A stretch of 64,000 nt of DNA from Gemmatimonadales bacterium (GTDB taxonomy: Bacteria; Gemmatimonadota; Gemmatimonadetes; Gemmatimonadales; GWC2-71-9), in contig JBFGJG010000003.1 in the NCBI GenBank assembly GCA_041577295.1, positions 128,001-192,000 on the forward strand, written 5' to 3'. The position numbers were made by a program, and so were the translations under genes. This document shows, one piece after another, positions 51,401-60,252 of the stretch (the stretch's first letter is position 1; the number at the start of each line of letters is the position of its first letter). The notes beneath the pieces were generated by a model. The model was not told the DNA's origin. It ran no database searches and saw nothing but the letters and a program-made list of their open reading frames with translations.

Positions 51401-51567
51401 AACGCGATCAGATCGTCGCGGAGACCACCTTGGCGCAGGACGAGGACATAGTCCGGTGAGGGAAAAGGTTGTTGCTCGGTCGCTGCGACGGGGGCGAGGA
51501 AACTCTCTGCCGCTAGCTCCAGCAGCTGCAGCGGGTCGCGACCAACGACCTGCACGATGCGGGCCAT
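48442..51567 (-). CDS. addB: AddB-like protein: degenerate helicase scaffold plus PD-(D/E)XK nuclease
   Basis: IAVVAR, VFLVGMSEGQFP, SPTQLESYARCP, GSLLH, GAIDRVE, VDYKT, LQLPLY, C-terminal Cys cluster; overlaps addA start. Confidence 0.8.
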   Translation of the reverse strand: MARIVQVVGRDPLQLLELAAESFLAPVAATEQQPFPSPDYVLVLRQGGLRDDLIALAGQRGIPGWFDPPLCVFHELPEWLGCTDRAPCGDFARAALLGKIVRQVGTDVFLRARRLDDLLPALEQLLGDLIAEDVTPDQLAQAVTAPASIDVFTGARNRELVAIYRRYVQALERSGLRDGRDTLVDCARAIHADPSGLAQRLGGRREIRIVGLADPRGGWRVLLNTLAANRALDRIVIYSSDALPLGDGLHVETHSVEGRESSASHLFDDEEPGGTHVITVEARTVERELGEVGRRIRALADQGVPLHRIAVVARQARPYVEYVLRALHRYGVPASARRRLSYREIPVVRAVLALYRAAADGWSRPTLVELADLPYFAHQLDSRVLNYIGFRRRMRGLSAWANALGGLESEADRHEMERDTAKERREQPPPPVTRVIAARRNFAAFAERAIVLEAPRTLGEWLGGLVDWLREDPWRIQERIYAVPEDRFDVAKRDITGWRGFTQILEEWQRAIATWGGAEEQLTIARFSGRLTEMLAGDVGIWSESPRGVRVLEALAAAYRSFDHVFLVGMSEGQFPLPAPGSPLSEESERADWVAAGLPLDTRDDWDARERNLFRVLVASARDGLTLSFPRLNAAGQEVSRSSFVDALVTVATETRAAVDPHSLITEAMPLLRTPQAAEQAVRAARIEAIRTHGVPSPYTGYVEDPELRAWLAEQFGDHHLWSPTQLESYARCPWAFFSGRLLRVEKLEDPDDEMEPAVRGSLLHDTLARFYRAAVMRNGGRPVVLDRDAGAWMDTELTAAMDASLDAFRTTAWLGAPVLRRAKRAELLRLLRRYLEWEIQLHEDMHNPRKRTAPLMIRTAVALHERWFDHAVLERDGVRFEYRGAIDRVEIGVDPRIADAGRFMAAVDYKTSKLSTPGMGDKGAWEEGVVLQLPLYAHALEQLVEGARVARIEYRALVERARVHQLDLHQVNPKQGIRHPNQRELAKMERALERVPALVRRVRNGVFPAEPPPSCLCPHYCHAWDICRTPGGPKTKETWR

Positions 51568-51658
51568 GTGCGTTGTAGTGTAGTGCGAGGACTGAACCCC
51601 CGGTAGGCCGTCCGCCAGCCGGGGGAAGCGCCCCCGTCAGCCTGTGCAGGAGACTACA

Positions 51659-53482
51659 TCACGTCTGGACGCTCTCAGGACGTTGCCGCGCGTATACCCG
51701 AGCTTGCTTCAGCCACTCGTCTCGGATCCGTCGCGGTGGTATCCGAACTTCTCTGGCGACTTCTACGATGTCGTCAGCGGTCCAGCGTGCGATGTCGTCA
51801 AACGTGAGGCACCCAATGCTGTTGAGTTTTCGTTCGAGCGCCGGGCCGATCCCCCGAATCCGTTTGAGATTGTCTTTCGCCGAGCGCGACAGAGCTTGCG
51901 ATGGGCCTCCCGATGCACGTGATCGCCTGGCGCGCGGCTGCATCTGCGATACTCGGCGTCTGAGGCGCGCCAACTCGCGCGTTCGCCGCTGCAACGTGGC
52001 CTTGTGCTCGGCACGGAGCGCCGCAAACTCTGCGCGAAGGTCTTCGGATTCGCGGGCTTGCTCCTGTCCCGCGCGCAGCAGTTCATCTCGCTCCTCAATG
52101 GTCTGCGCGTATTGCTCCTCGAGGTCCTGCAGGCGTTGTCGCAGCTCGTCGGCGGTTGTCGTCTGTCGATCCGCGCCGACCCGCTGTGCCTCCAGTGTCT
52201 GCACCTGTTGCTTCAGACCCTCGATCTCCTCCGTTTTGACTGCGATGGCCTCCGCAACGCGGGTCTCACCTTCCTTGCGTGCACGTACCGTGTCGCCTTG
52301 TTGCGCCTCGAGTGCCACCTCGAGCTCGTGGATCCGTTCACTTCGCCGCCGCAGCCGCTCCCCGAGGGGCGCCAACTCGCCGATCCGCATCCGGAGACGC
52401 TGGATCTCTTGTCCCGAGTCACTGGTGCGCGCTTTGTCCTGACGCTCCAACTCGCTGACCCGCGCTTCCCGTTCGCGCAGCCGCTGTTCCATGGACTCGA
52501 ATTCTGCGAGTTGCTTCTCGAGAAATTCGAGTTCCTGGATCCGCTCTTCGCGATCCGCGATCCGCTGCCGGAGCGGCTCCAATTCGCCCAGGCGATCCTG
52601 GAGCGCTTCGATCTGCGCTTCCTGCGTTTCGATCCTGAGCCTGTGTTCTTGCTCCACTCGTCGCTGCTCGTCGCTTTGCTCCCGCAGCCTGGCCGTGAGC
52701 TCCTCGACCTGCTCCTCTCGCTCGGCGAGCCGGGCGACGAGCGGTTCCAACACGGCAAGCCGTCGCCGGAACGATTCGATGCGCGCATCCTTGTGGGCCA
52801 CCGTGCCCTGATGTTCCTGCGCGAGCCGTTGAATTCGAAGCTCCCGGCTCTCCAATTCCGCCTTGAGACTTGCGATCTGTTCGAGTGCCTTATCGCGTTG
52901 TGCCAACTGCTCGACCAATGGCTCAAGGTCAGCGATGCGGGCGTGCAATTCCTCGAGTTCGCGATCTTTGGACGCAACGAGCTCCCGATACTCCGCATGG
53001 GCCGCTTCGAGTCGCTCCTCCCACGTGGCTGCCTCTGCCGCGAGCCCCTCCAGTCGGCGAATTCGGACATCCCGCTCCGCCAACTGAACCATCAGCGGCT
53101 CCAGCTCGGCTACGCGTTCGCGCAGGCGCTCGACGGTACCGTCTCCTCCATTGCCAAGGAACGGGACGTTGGCTTGCGACAACTCGCGCTCGAGATCGCT
53201 GACTCGGTCGCGCAGCTGGACCATGCCGATCTTGAGCCCGTCGGTGAGGAGATCCTTGGCCTGGAGCTCGGATTGGAGATCCTTCAGTTCGGAATCGCGT
53301 TCTCGGATGCGGCCTTCGAGGAAGGAAATGCGATTGGCTTGTCGTTCGATTTCGCCGCGCGCAACCATCGCCTCGATGTAGCGCTGACGGGCCTCCCGCG
53401 TCCAAGCCGGCCACGCCGTCAACAGACCGAGGAAGGCGCCAACGACGAGCGACAAAACGACCACGCCAACGGTGGTCAGCAC
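51659..53482 (-). CDS. Membrane-anchored long coiled-coil protein with C-terminal HhH (DUF4332/COG3743-like) domain
   Basis: N-terminal TM; ~480 aa heptad-rich region with recurring R..ELEPL...L..R; DNLKRIRGIGPALERKLN.IG...F..IA.W. Confidence 0.8.
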   Translation of the reverse strand: MLTTVGVVVLSLVVGAFLGLLTAWPAWTREARQRYIEAMVARGEIERQANRISFLEGRIRERDSELKDLQSELQAKDLLTDGLKIGMVQLRDRVSDLERELSQANVPFLGNGGDGTVERLRERVAELEPLMVQLAERDVRIRRLEGLAAEAATWEERLEAAHAEYRELVASKDRELEELHARIADLEPLVEQLAQRDKALEQIASLKAELESRELRIQRLAQEHQGTVAHKDARIESFRRRLAVLEPLVARLAEREEQVEELTARLREQSDEQRRVEQEHRLRIETQEAQIEALQDRLGELEPLRQRIADREERIQELEFLEKQLAEFESMEQRLREREARVSELERQDKARTSDSGQEIQRLRMRIGELAPLGERLRRRSERIHELEVALEAQQGDTVRARKEGETRVAEAIAVKTEEIEGLKQQVQTLEAQRVGADRQTTTADELRQRLQDLEEQYAQTIEERDELLRAGQEQARESEDLRAEFAALRAEHKATLQRRTRELARLRRRVSQMQPRARRSRASGGPSQALSRSAKDNLKRIRGIGPALERKLNSIGCLTFDDIARWTADDIVEVAREVRIPPRRIRDEWLKQARVYARQRPESVQT

Positions 53483-53720
53483 TCAGTGACTCCGGATGAC
53501 ATGCTCGACCAGATGGCCGACGGCACTGATCGGTCACTGACCGTCAGCTTCATGACCGCGATCCCTCCCAATCGTATGCGGCGGTACGGCGATGACGGGG
53601 TAGCGGGACCGCCGAGGGCTCTCCAGTGAGGCGCTTCGGGTACGCTCCCAAAAAGGAGGTTTACGTCCCACAACTACCAGAGATACTGCCACAGCATGGG
53701 GTCGGACGCAAGACGTGTTG

Positions 53721-54050
53721 CTACGACTCCACAGTTGCCAAACTCAGCGTCACCGTACTGATCTCGTCACGTAAGTGTCGAATCAAAAATCCGACGAATG
53801 AGCTGAGGAGTTGCCACTCTTCACTGGACGATGCAGACCGCACTTCGGCAACCACGATTCCCCCCAAGCACTTCTGCAGCTTGATGGAGCCTTTGTACCG
53901 CACGTGGACCCAGCGGTCCTGTCCCCGTTTTCGCGTTCCCCGCCGGTGAAGGGTCCCTTGACCTTCCTGCCGTAACGCCCGCTCCTTCTCGACCAGGAGT
54001 GTATAGAGGTCGTCCTCCTGGTCGAGCGGAATGGCAGTCACTGTGATCAT
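53721..54050 (-). CDS. Hypothetical protein
   Basis: 109-aa ORF with protein-like composition, co-oriented with neighbours. Confidence 0.6.
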   Translation of the reverse strand: MITVTAIPLDQEDDLYTLLVEKERALRQEGQGTLHRRGTRKRGQDRWVHVRYKGSIKLQKCLGGIVVAEVRSASSSEEWQLLSSFVGFLIRHLRDEISTVTLSLATVES

Positions 54051-54130
54051 GGCCGGCCCCCAAGGAGATGATGGGGCCAAGTGTAGTGCCGTAAACCGCG
54101 GGCGGCTAGAGGCACAATGACGCTACGTGA

Positions 54131-55570
54131 TCAGCACCACCGGACTCTCACGCGGTAGGTGATTTTGGACTCTGCCCGGGAGGCAATAGGGACCGTGAAC
54201 TCGAACGTGTGGGCATCGAGCTTTGTCCACTCGTGACTGGACGACAGCAGATCCCAATCACCACCCACGGGTTCCACCACTTGGACGGCCACGTCCTCGT
54301 CTTTGTGATTCCGCAGGGTGATCTCCCAATTGCTCTCGGAGACACAGCGGCTTACGATGTTGAAGTCCATCTGACGGCGGTCCCCCACGACGTCGAAGGC
54401 CTCACCGATCTTGATACGCACACGCTCGTCTCTGGGGGTATGATCGATCTGGTCTTCTCCGATGAACTGCTGTGCCCCCGCGCGATCCGCCTTGTAGACG
54501 CGTACGATGCCCTTTGGAAGCGGAACACCCAAACGGTTCTGCTGCGTGTTCTCGAAATCGAGATGCACCCCCACCTTCTGATTCGAGATGACCTGCCCGT
54601 ACGCACCCCGGTAATATTGGGCGGCGCCGTAGAAGATCAGGCGCTTCCGTACCGCGATCCCGGAGCCCTCGAGCAGGGTCACCTGCTTCTGCTCGTTGTG
54701 ACGTAACGTCGTAGGTCGCTGCAAGGTGTAGAGGTGATACTCGAAAAAGCTCTGCTCGTCGAACTGGGGTGCTGCCATCTCGGCCCGCCGCATGGCGTCG
54801 GCCTCCATCAAGGCCCGGACCTCGGGGGTCACTCGCTGTACATCACCGGCAACCAACTGTAGCGTCGCGTTCTCGTACGACGCCCCACTCTGATTGGTCA
54901 GCGTCACCCATCCGGTGAGGTCCCCGCGGGTGTCGTCCTCGTTGATGACGAACACGTAATCCGACTTCCAGTTCAGGCTTCCGGTGAGGTAGGAGACTTC
55001 GAGCCGCTGACGCGCGCGGTCACTGTCCAGCAACCACACCAGCGTTGGGTTGGCAATCAGATTGTCGGGGATCTCGGGGAACGCGAACCGTCCGGGAAAG
55101 TTGAAGGTAATCTCGTCACCAATTCTGAGAATCGTCCCCTGATTGACGGACAAGACCTCCGCCTCGAGCTCCTCATCTCGGCCAGTCTGCTCGTTGTACC
55201 GGTAAACCTTGACGGTCCGGCCCACGTATTTCTCGAGCAACTTCTGAGGGTTCAGAAGGTCGTACTGGTAATTCTGCTCGAGCACGGTGAGCCGGCCAGC
55301 GCCGGTCAGCGACCGAATGTGCACCGTCTCGGGCTGAATCTCGGCGGCCACATCGCGAAACTCGAGCGCCACGCGACCGGTCCCGAGCGTCAGGTTCCGT
55401 ACCTCGCGGACCAGTCCAAAGTTCTGGTTGTAGACGGTGATCGCGACACTCTCCCGTTCGCTGGCGGTGGACTGAGAACCTCGCTGTTGCGCGGCGACTG
55501 GTAGCGTCGCAACCGTCATTGCGATGACCATCCACCCAATAACAGATATCTGCGTAGGCTGCGTGATCAT
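54131..55570 (-). CDS. DUF4139-domain secreted protein
   Basis: ITVYNQNFGLVRE, LEQNYQYDLL, YHLYTL, NEQKQV, GVPLPKGIVRVY, GEDQIDHTP; start uncertain. Confidence 0.85.
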   Translation of the reverse strand: MITQPTQISVIGWMVIAMTVATLPVAAQQRGSQSTASERESVAITVYNQNFGLVREVRNLTLGTGRVALEFRDVAAEIQPETVHIRSLTGAGRLTVLEQNYQYDLLNPQKLLEKYVGRTVKVYRYNEQTGRDEELEAEVLSVNQGTILRIGDEITFNFPGRFAFPEIPDNLIANPTLVWLLDSDRARQRLEVSYLTGSLNWKSDYVFVINEDDTRGDLTGWVTLTNQSGASYENATLQLVAGDVQRVTPEVRALMEADAMRRAEMAAPQFDEQSFFEYHLYTLQRPTTLRHNEQKQVTLLEGSGIAVRKRLIFYGAAQYYRGAYGQVISNQKVGVHLDFENTQQNRLGVPLPKGIVRVYKADRAGAQQFIGEDQIDHTPRDERVRIKIGEAFDVVGDRRQMDFNIVSRCVSESNWEITLRNHKDEDVAVQVVEPVGGDWDLLSSSHEWTKLDAHTFEFTVPIASRAESKITYRVRVRWC

Positions 55571-55676
55571 GCCCCATCTCCTGGTTAAGGCCCTCCCGCT
55601 CGGGAGCGCACGTTCGTCCTCGAAGACGAACGAACGGCCCAGAATTGCACAAAGAGCCACCGTCCGCTCTGTGCCG

Positions 55677-56423
55677 CTAGATCGTTTCGCCGTACTTGCG
55701 TGCGTGGAGTTGTTTGGCCTGTTGGACCCACCTGTCGCGCAGGATCCGCCCGGACAGCGCTCCTAGTTGCTCACTCACCCGCGCGATCGCATCGTGGTCC
55801 CAAGACGCCACGTCGCGGAACGTGTGGTACCCGAGGGCGTTGAGGACACGTTCGATGGCTGGCCCGATACCTCGAATCTGCTGCAGATCGTCCGACGTCG
55901 GTGCGGTGCCTTTGCGGGTTGAAGCCGTGGTTGTAGCCGCGTGGCGCACCGGCTCCGGCTGCGGGGGTCCCGGTGGCAGCGTCTCCGGCTCGCGGAACAT
56001 CCGTTCTAACTCCGCAAGGCGCTTGAGCTGCGATTCGAGCGCTTCGCGGCGCCCGTGCACTTCGCGCTCCAGCTCGCGAACTCGTGAGCGGTGCGTATCG
56101 AGCTCCCCACGGCAGTCGGCAAGTTGTTCCTTCAGCGTCTCCGCGGTGCCACGTGACTTGGATAGCTGTTGCTCGAGCTCCTGTACTTTGGTGGTGCTCC
56201 TCCCGATTTCAATCTCCAACTCGGCAAGTTGGGACTCCCGGGAGGCCAGATCGCGCCGCAAGCTCTCGAGCTGAGCCTCCTGCGCTTCAAAGGCCTCGAC
56301 GAGCCGGGCGTGGGTCTTTGGATTCACCTGCGGGCCGCTTGCCCGTGCAAACCACCCCAGCGCAATACCAAGGACAAACGCGACGAGAAGAAAGAACAGG
56401 ATCTGTGTAACGAGGTAGAGCAC
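55677..56423 (-). CDS. Membrane-anchored coiled-coil protein with C-terminal HhH domain (paralog of 51659-53482)
   Basis: N-terminal TM; coiled coil; DDLQQIRGIGPAIERVLNALG..F..VASW...W.QQAK. Confidence 0.8.
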   Translation of the reverse strand: MLYLVTQILFFLLVAFVLGIALGWFARASGPQVNPKTHARLVEAFEAQEAQLESLRRDLASRESQLAELEIEIGRSTTKVQELEQQLSKSRGTAETLKEQLADCRGELDTHRSRVRELEREVHGRREALESQLKRLAELERMFREPETLPPGPPQPEPVRHAATTTASTRKGTAPTSDDLQQIRGIGPAIERVLNALGYHTFRDVASWDHDAIARVSEQLGALSGRILRDRWVQQAKQLHARKYGETI

Positions 56424-56425
56424 GA

Positions 56426-56722
56426 TCAGCGACCGGATAGCATTGAGTCTGGAGAGGATACTCGGATCGACCGAATCCCCGGTATCTGCTGCAGGACACG
56501 TGTCGCACTATCGGTATACTGTGGCTCGGCGAGCGACCGCGTGAGAACGGCATCCCGACCGTTGAAGACCACGAGATCGAGTGGAAGACCCGCACTCTGC
56601 AGTGCAATGGCTGATCGGCTTTCGAGGTCTGTGCGGATTCGAGGCACGGTGTGCGCTACAGTCCACACGCACACGAGGGCGAAGGCTGCGAGCCCCATCG
56701 CACCGACGATTCGATCATTCAC
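56426..56722 (-). CDS. Small membrane-anchored BON-like protein
   Basis: TM helix then I..DL..R...AL......V.F.GRD..L...IPGIRSI, resembling the BON region of OmpA-like proteins. Confidence 0.55.
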   Translation of the reverse strand: MNDRIVGAMGLAAFALVCVWTVAHTVPRIRTDLESRSAIALQSAGLPLDLVVFNGRDAVLTRSLAEPQYTDSATRVLQQIPGIRSIRVSSPDSMLSGR

Positions 56723-56804
56723 GACAATACCGTTCCGAGGCAGCTAACACGCACGTGGGGAGGTTCGGGATTCTCGCGAGGGGTGTCGAGCGCCGCAAGG
56801 CCGC

Positions 56805-56852
56805 GAAGACGAAAGGCGTCGAGGTGTGGAGCTTCCGATCCACCTCGACGCC
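56805..56852 (-). terminator. Rho-independent terminator-like hairpin (minus strand)
   Basis: GGCGTCGAGGTGGA...TCCACACCTCGACGCC followed by TTTCGTCTT on the minus strand. Confidence 0.6.
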
Positions 56853-56980
56853 AACGCCCTGGGAAAGAGGGTGCGGCACCCGGGCCCGGTCGAGTGACTC
56901 CCCGCCAGCGAGCCAGATTACGACCGTTGATCGACCCGGGTGCCACAAAGGAGCAACCAAACGAAACGCGGTACGCTCCT
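56805..56980 (-). ncRNA. Candidate structured sRNA or regulatory leader (family not recognised)
   Basis: Four consecutive stem-loops in an intergenic region, ending in a terminator. Confidence 0.4.
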
Positions 56981-57103
56981 GGGCTAATACCCACTGAAGG
57001 CTAATTCACTCCTTTTATAGGAATTATGAAGTCTCCGTGAAGAGCCCTCATATCAGCCACCCCCCATATGTGACGCCATCGGCGTCTGTACAATACTCTC
57101 CTT

Positions 57104-57117
57104 GAGAATATATTCTC
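57104..57117. promoter_or_regulatory. 14-bp palindrome upstream of padR (putative operator)
   Basis: GAGAATATATTCTC, 33 nt upstream of GTG 57150. Confidence 0.6.
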
Positions 57118-57149
57118 TGGGTGAGCATCTTGAGCTCGGAGGAATCGAG

Positions 57150-57515
57150 GTGCCCAAGGCCCCGGACAACCCAAGCCGCTTTCTCCCACTGACACCGGTG
57201 GCGTTCGAGATCCTGCTCGGTCTGGCGGACCAGAGCCGTCACGGGTACGGCGTCATGCAGGAGGTCGAGCGGCGCACAGGCGGACGCCTCCGGCTTCGTC
57301 CTGGCACCCTGTACCGGGCAATCAACCGGCTGCTCCACACCGGCCTGCTCGAAGAGGTGCCGGCGAACGGCGATACCGAACGGGATGATACGCGCCGTCG
57401 GTACTACCGGTTGACCGACCTCGGCCGGCGGGTCGCGACGGCGGAGGCCAATCGGCTCGCCCGCGCGGTGGAGGCGGCTCGGGTCAAGAACCTCCTCAGC
57501 CCGGAGAACGCGTAA
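57150..57515 (+). CDS. PadR-family transcriptional regulator
   Basis: FEILLGL..HGYGVMQEV, PGTLYRAI.RL...GLLEE, RRRYYRLT..GR; GGAGG RBS. Confidence 0.93.
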   Translation: MPKAPDNPSRFLPLTPVAFEILLGLADQSRHGYGVMQEVERRTGGRLRLRPGTLYRAINRLLHTGLLEEVPANGDTERDDTRRRYYRLTDLGRRVATAEANRLARAVEAARVKNLLSPENA

Positions 57516-57516
57516 C

Positions 57517-60240
57517 GTGGCCGCCCCCTTCGAGCGGGTGATCCGCAGCCTCACCCGTCCGGTACTGTTGCTTTACCCGCGACACACCCGAGACCGCTTC
57601 GGTGAAGAGCTGCTGCACGTCATCGTCCAGCGCGTGCGCCGAGATCGAGCAGTCCATGGGTCGTTCCGCTGCGTCCTCCGCTGGCTGCTCGACCTCGCCG
57701 ACGTGGCGGCCGCCGGTATGCTCGAGCGAATCGGCGACCTGACGGCAACTCGAGCGGCAACAGGGCGAGGCCAAGCTCCCCTGCCCCGAACGCAACCGAG
57801 CTCGAAGAAGGACGAGACCACCATGTCCCGCTTCATCCAAGACGTTCGGTACGCCATCAGGACGCTCGCCAAGCAGCCGGTGTTTGCCTCAACCCTGGTT
57901 GTCACCGTGGCACTGGGCGTCGGCGCCAACACGGCGATGTTCAGCGTTGTGCACGGCATTCTCTTGCGGCCGTTGCCGTATCCTGAGGGCCATGAACTCG
58001 TCCGTGTCTTTCAGAGCGATCGGATCAATGACACGCAGCGCGAGGGCGTTTCCGGTCCGGACTACTTCGATTACCTCGCACAGCAAACAGTCTTCGAGGG
58101 GATGGCGGCGTGGACGGGATTCAATCCGACTATTACCGATGCCACCTCAGCGCCGGAGCGGGTCTCCACAGCCCAGGTCACCTACACATTCCTTCCGACA
58201 ATCGGGCTTACTCCCGTGCTGGGACGCGGCTTTCTCCCAGCGGAGGACTCGCCGGGTGGAGCCAACACCGCCATCGTCAGTCACGGCTTCTGGACGCGCC
58301 GATTCGGTGCCGACACGACCGTATTGGGTCGGCCGATCCGGCTCGACGGAACGGCGTACATGATTGTCGGCATCCTGCCTCGGGATTTTCGCTTCCTCAC
58401 CGCCGTCGACATGCTGGTCCCGCTCCAATATGGACCCACGACCAGAAGCAGAGGCGTGCACAATCTCGGGGTCGTTGCCCGGCTGCGAGACGGCGCGACC
58501 ATCGACATGGCACGCTCCGAAATGAATCGCATCATGGCGGCGCTCGAGGAGCAGTACCCCGATGACAACGTGGGGCGGGGCGCGAACGTCGAGTTGTTAT
58601 CGGAGTTCGTGACGGGAAACGTCCGTTCCCCACTATTCATTCTGATGGGCGCGGTGATGCTCGTGCTGCTCATCATGTGCGCGAACGTGGCCAACATGCT
58701 GCTCGCTCGGGGAACCACGCGGCAGCGGGAGATGGCGGTGCGAGCGGCGCTCGGTGCCAGTCGTGGCCGACTGGCGCTTCAATTGCTCGCGGAGAGTCTC
58801 ATCCTGGCATGCCTGGGCGGCGCCCTCGGGGTGCTTGTTGCCTTGGGCGGGCTCCGCGTCTTGCTCGCGCTCAACCCAACGAGCCTGCCGCGGCTAGCCG
58901 AAGTCTCCTTGAGCGCACCCGTGCTCGCCTTCGCACTGATACTGACGGTCGTGACGGGGGTGGCGTTCGGCGTGTTGCCAGCGCTTCAGGGATCGCAACA
59001 CCGACTCCACGAGACCCTCGGCGAGGGTGCACGCACCTCATCCGGCCCCGGAACCGGAAGGGTCCGGGCGGCCTTGGTCGTGACCCAGGTCGCGTTCGCC
59101 TTCGTGCTGGTGGTTGGTGCCGGGCTACTCATCCGCAGTATGTGGAATCTGACGAGTGTCGATCCCGGTTTTCAGTACAGGAACCTCGTCACGGTGTCCG
59201 TGAGCCTGCCACAGGACCGGTATCCGTCGGACTTTCGCCAGTGGCCAGACGCGCCTGAGGTCAAGAGGTTCTACGCATCCGCCCTAGCGGCTGCGCAGCG
59301 TATTCCGTCGGTGACGGGCGCGGCTATGGCACTCAATCACCCCGCCAATCCTGGTTGGACCACGCGGATCTCCATCGAGGGCGGTCCGCTCACCGTGGAG
59401 GAAGGAGTCGAGGAGGAGCGTCTCCGTCCCATCTCGCCCGGCTACTTCAAGACGATCGGGACGCCGCTTACCCGTGGCCGCGATTTCAGCGATTTCGATC
59501 GTGGCGAGTCAACCCCCGTCGTCATCGTCAACGAGGCCTTCGTGCGAAAGTACTTTCCCTCCGAGAATGCGTTGGGGAAGCGAGTCCAGTTCTGGGGAAC
59601 CATGCGGGAAATCGTGGGCGTCGTGGCGGACGTGAGGTTCATGGGTGTCAACGCTCCCGTCGAGCCCGCCGTCTACGCTCCGATGAGCCAGCTTCCGTTC
59701 TCGCAGTTTGATATCATCCTGCGCGGTGACGCACCCGCTGAGCAAATCATTCAGAGCATGCGTTCAGAGATCCGCCAAATCGATGGGGAGCTCGCCATGT
59801 TCGGGGGACAGTCGTTCGAGAGCATCCTCGCCAGCGCCCTCGGGTCACAGCGATTCAACATGATTATGCTGGGCATGTTCGCGCTCCTCGCGCTGGTGCT
59901 GGCGGCCGTTGGAATCTACGGAGTCGTCTCCTACGGTGTCTCCCGCCGTGCTCACGAGTTCGGCGTGCGGATGTCGCTCGGCGCCAACTCGGGCGATGTG
60001 AGTCGCCTCGTCCTCACCCAAGCCGTACGGATGACGGCGGCGGGGGTTGGGCTCGGGCTGATTGGGGCGGTGGTCGGGTCGAAGATCATTACTGGGATGC
60101 TGTATGGTGTGGCCCCGACGGACCCCGCAACGCTCGGCGGCGTTGCGCTCTTCTTGTCTGGGGTGGCACTCTGTGCAGCGTTGATCCCCGCGCTGCGCGC
60201 GAGCCGGGTGGATCCCGTCACTGCCCTCCGCCTGGAGTGA
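57517..60240 (+). CDS. Duplicated orphan ABC permease (ADOP/MacB-FtsX type) with N-terminal prefix domain
   Basis: QDVRYAIR.L, ALGVGANTAMFSVV, CANVANMLLAR, REMAVRAALGA, QVA..VLVVGAGL, R..EFGVRMSLGA, VDP..ALR.E. Confidence 0.92.
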   Translation: MAAPFERVIRSLTRPVLLLYPRHTRDRFGEELLHVIVQRVRRDRAVHGSFRCVLRWLLDLADVAAAGMLERIGDLTATRAATGRGQAPLPRTQPSSKKDETTMSRFIQDVRYAIRTLAKQPVFASTLVVTVALGVGANTAMFSVVHGILLRPLPYPEGHELVRVFQSDRINDTQREGVSGPDYFDYLAQQTVFEGMAAWTGFNPTITDATSAPERVSTAQVTYTFLPTIGLTPVLGRGFLPAEDSPGGANTAIVSHGFWTRRFGADTTVLGRPIRLDGTAYMIVGILPRDFRFLTAVDMLVPLQYGPTTRSRGVHNLGVVARLRDGATIDMARSEMNRIMAALEEQYPDDNVGRGANVELLSEFVTGNVRSPLFILMGAVMLVLLIMCANVANMLLARGTTRQREMAVRAALGASRGRLALQLLAESLILACLGGALGVLVALGGLRVLLALNPTSLPRLAEVSLSAPVLAFALILTVVTGVAFGVLPALQGSQHRLHETLGEGARTSSGPGTGRVRAALVVTQVAFAFVLVVGAGLLIRSMWNLTSVDPGFQYRNLVTVSVSLPQDRYPSDFRQWPDAPEVKRFYASALAAAQRIPSVTGAAMALNHPANPGWTTRISIEGGPLTVEEGVEEERLRPISPGYFKTIGTPLTRGRDFSDFDRGESTPVVIVNEAFVRKYFPSENALGKRVQFWGTMREIVGVVADVRFMGVNAPVEPAVYAPMSQLPFSQFDIILRGDAPAEQIIQSMRSEIRQIDGELAMFGGQSFESILASALGSQRFNMIMLGMFALLALVLAAVGIYGVVSYGVSRRAHEFGVRMSLGANSGDVSRLVLTQAVRMTAAGVGLGLIGAVVGSKIITGMLYGVAPTDPATLGGVALFLSGVALCAALIPALRASRVDPVTALRLE

Positions 60241-60252
60241 GGACGGGGCCGC

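Noticed and set aside
45290..51567. Helicase-nuclease pair as an anti-phage or Cas4-associated system
   Set aside because: Architecture and addB-addA order fit housekeeping recombination repair; no CRISPR array or defence context seen
51590..51645. Fragments resembling the c-di-AMP (ydaO) riboswitch (GGGGGAA, CCCGTCAGC, GTAGGC)
   Set aside because: Segments are in the wrong order, the region is too short and there is no downstream plus-strand gene; probably simple hairpins
52004..53629. 541-aa Leu-rich plus-strand ORF
   Set aside because: Antisense shadow of the coiled-coil gene
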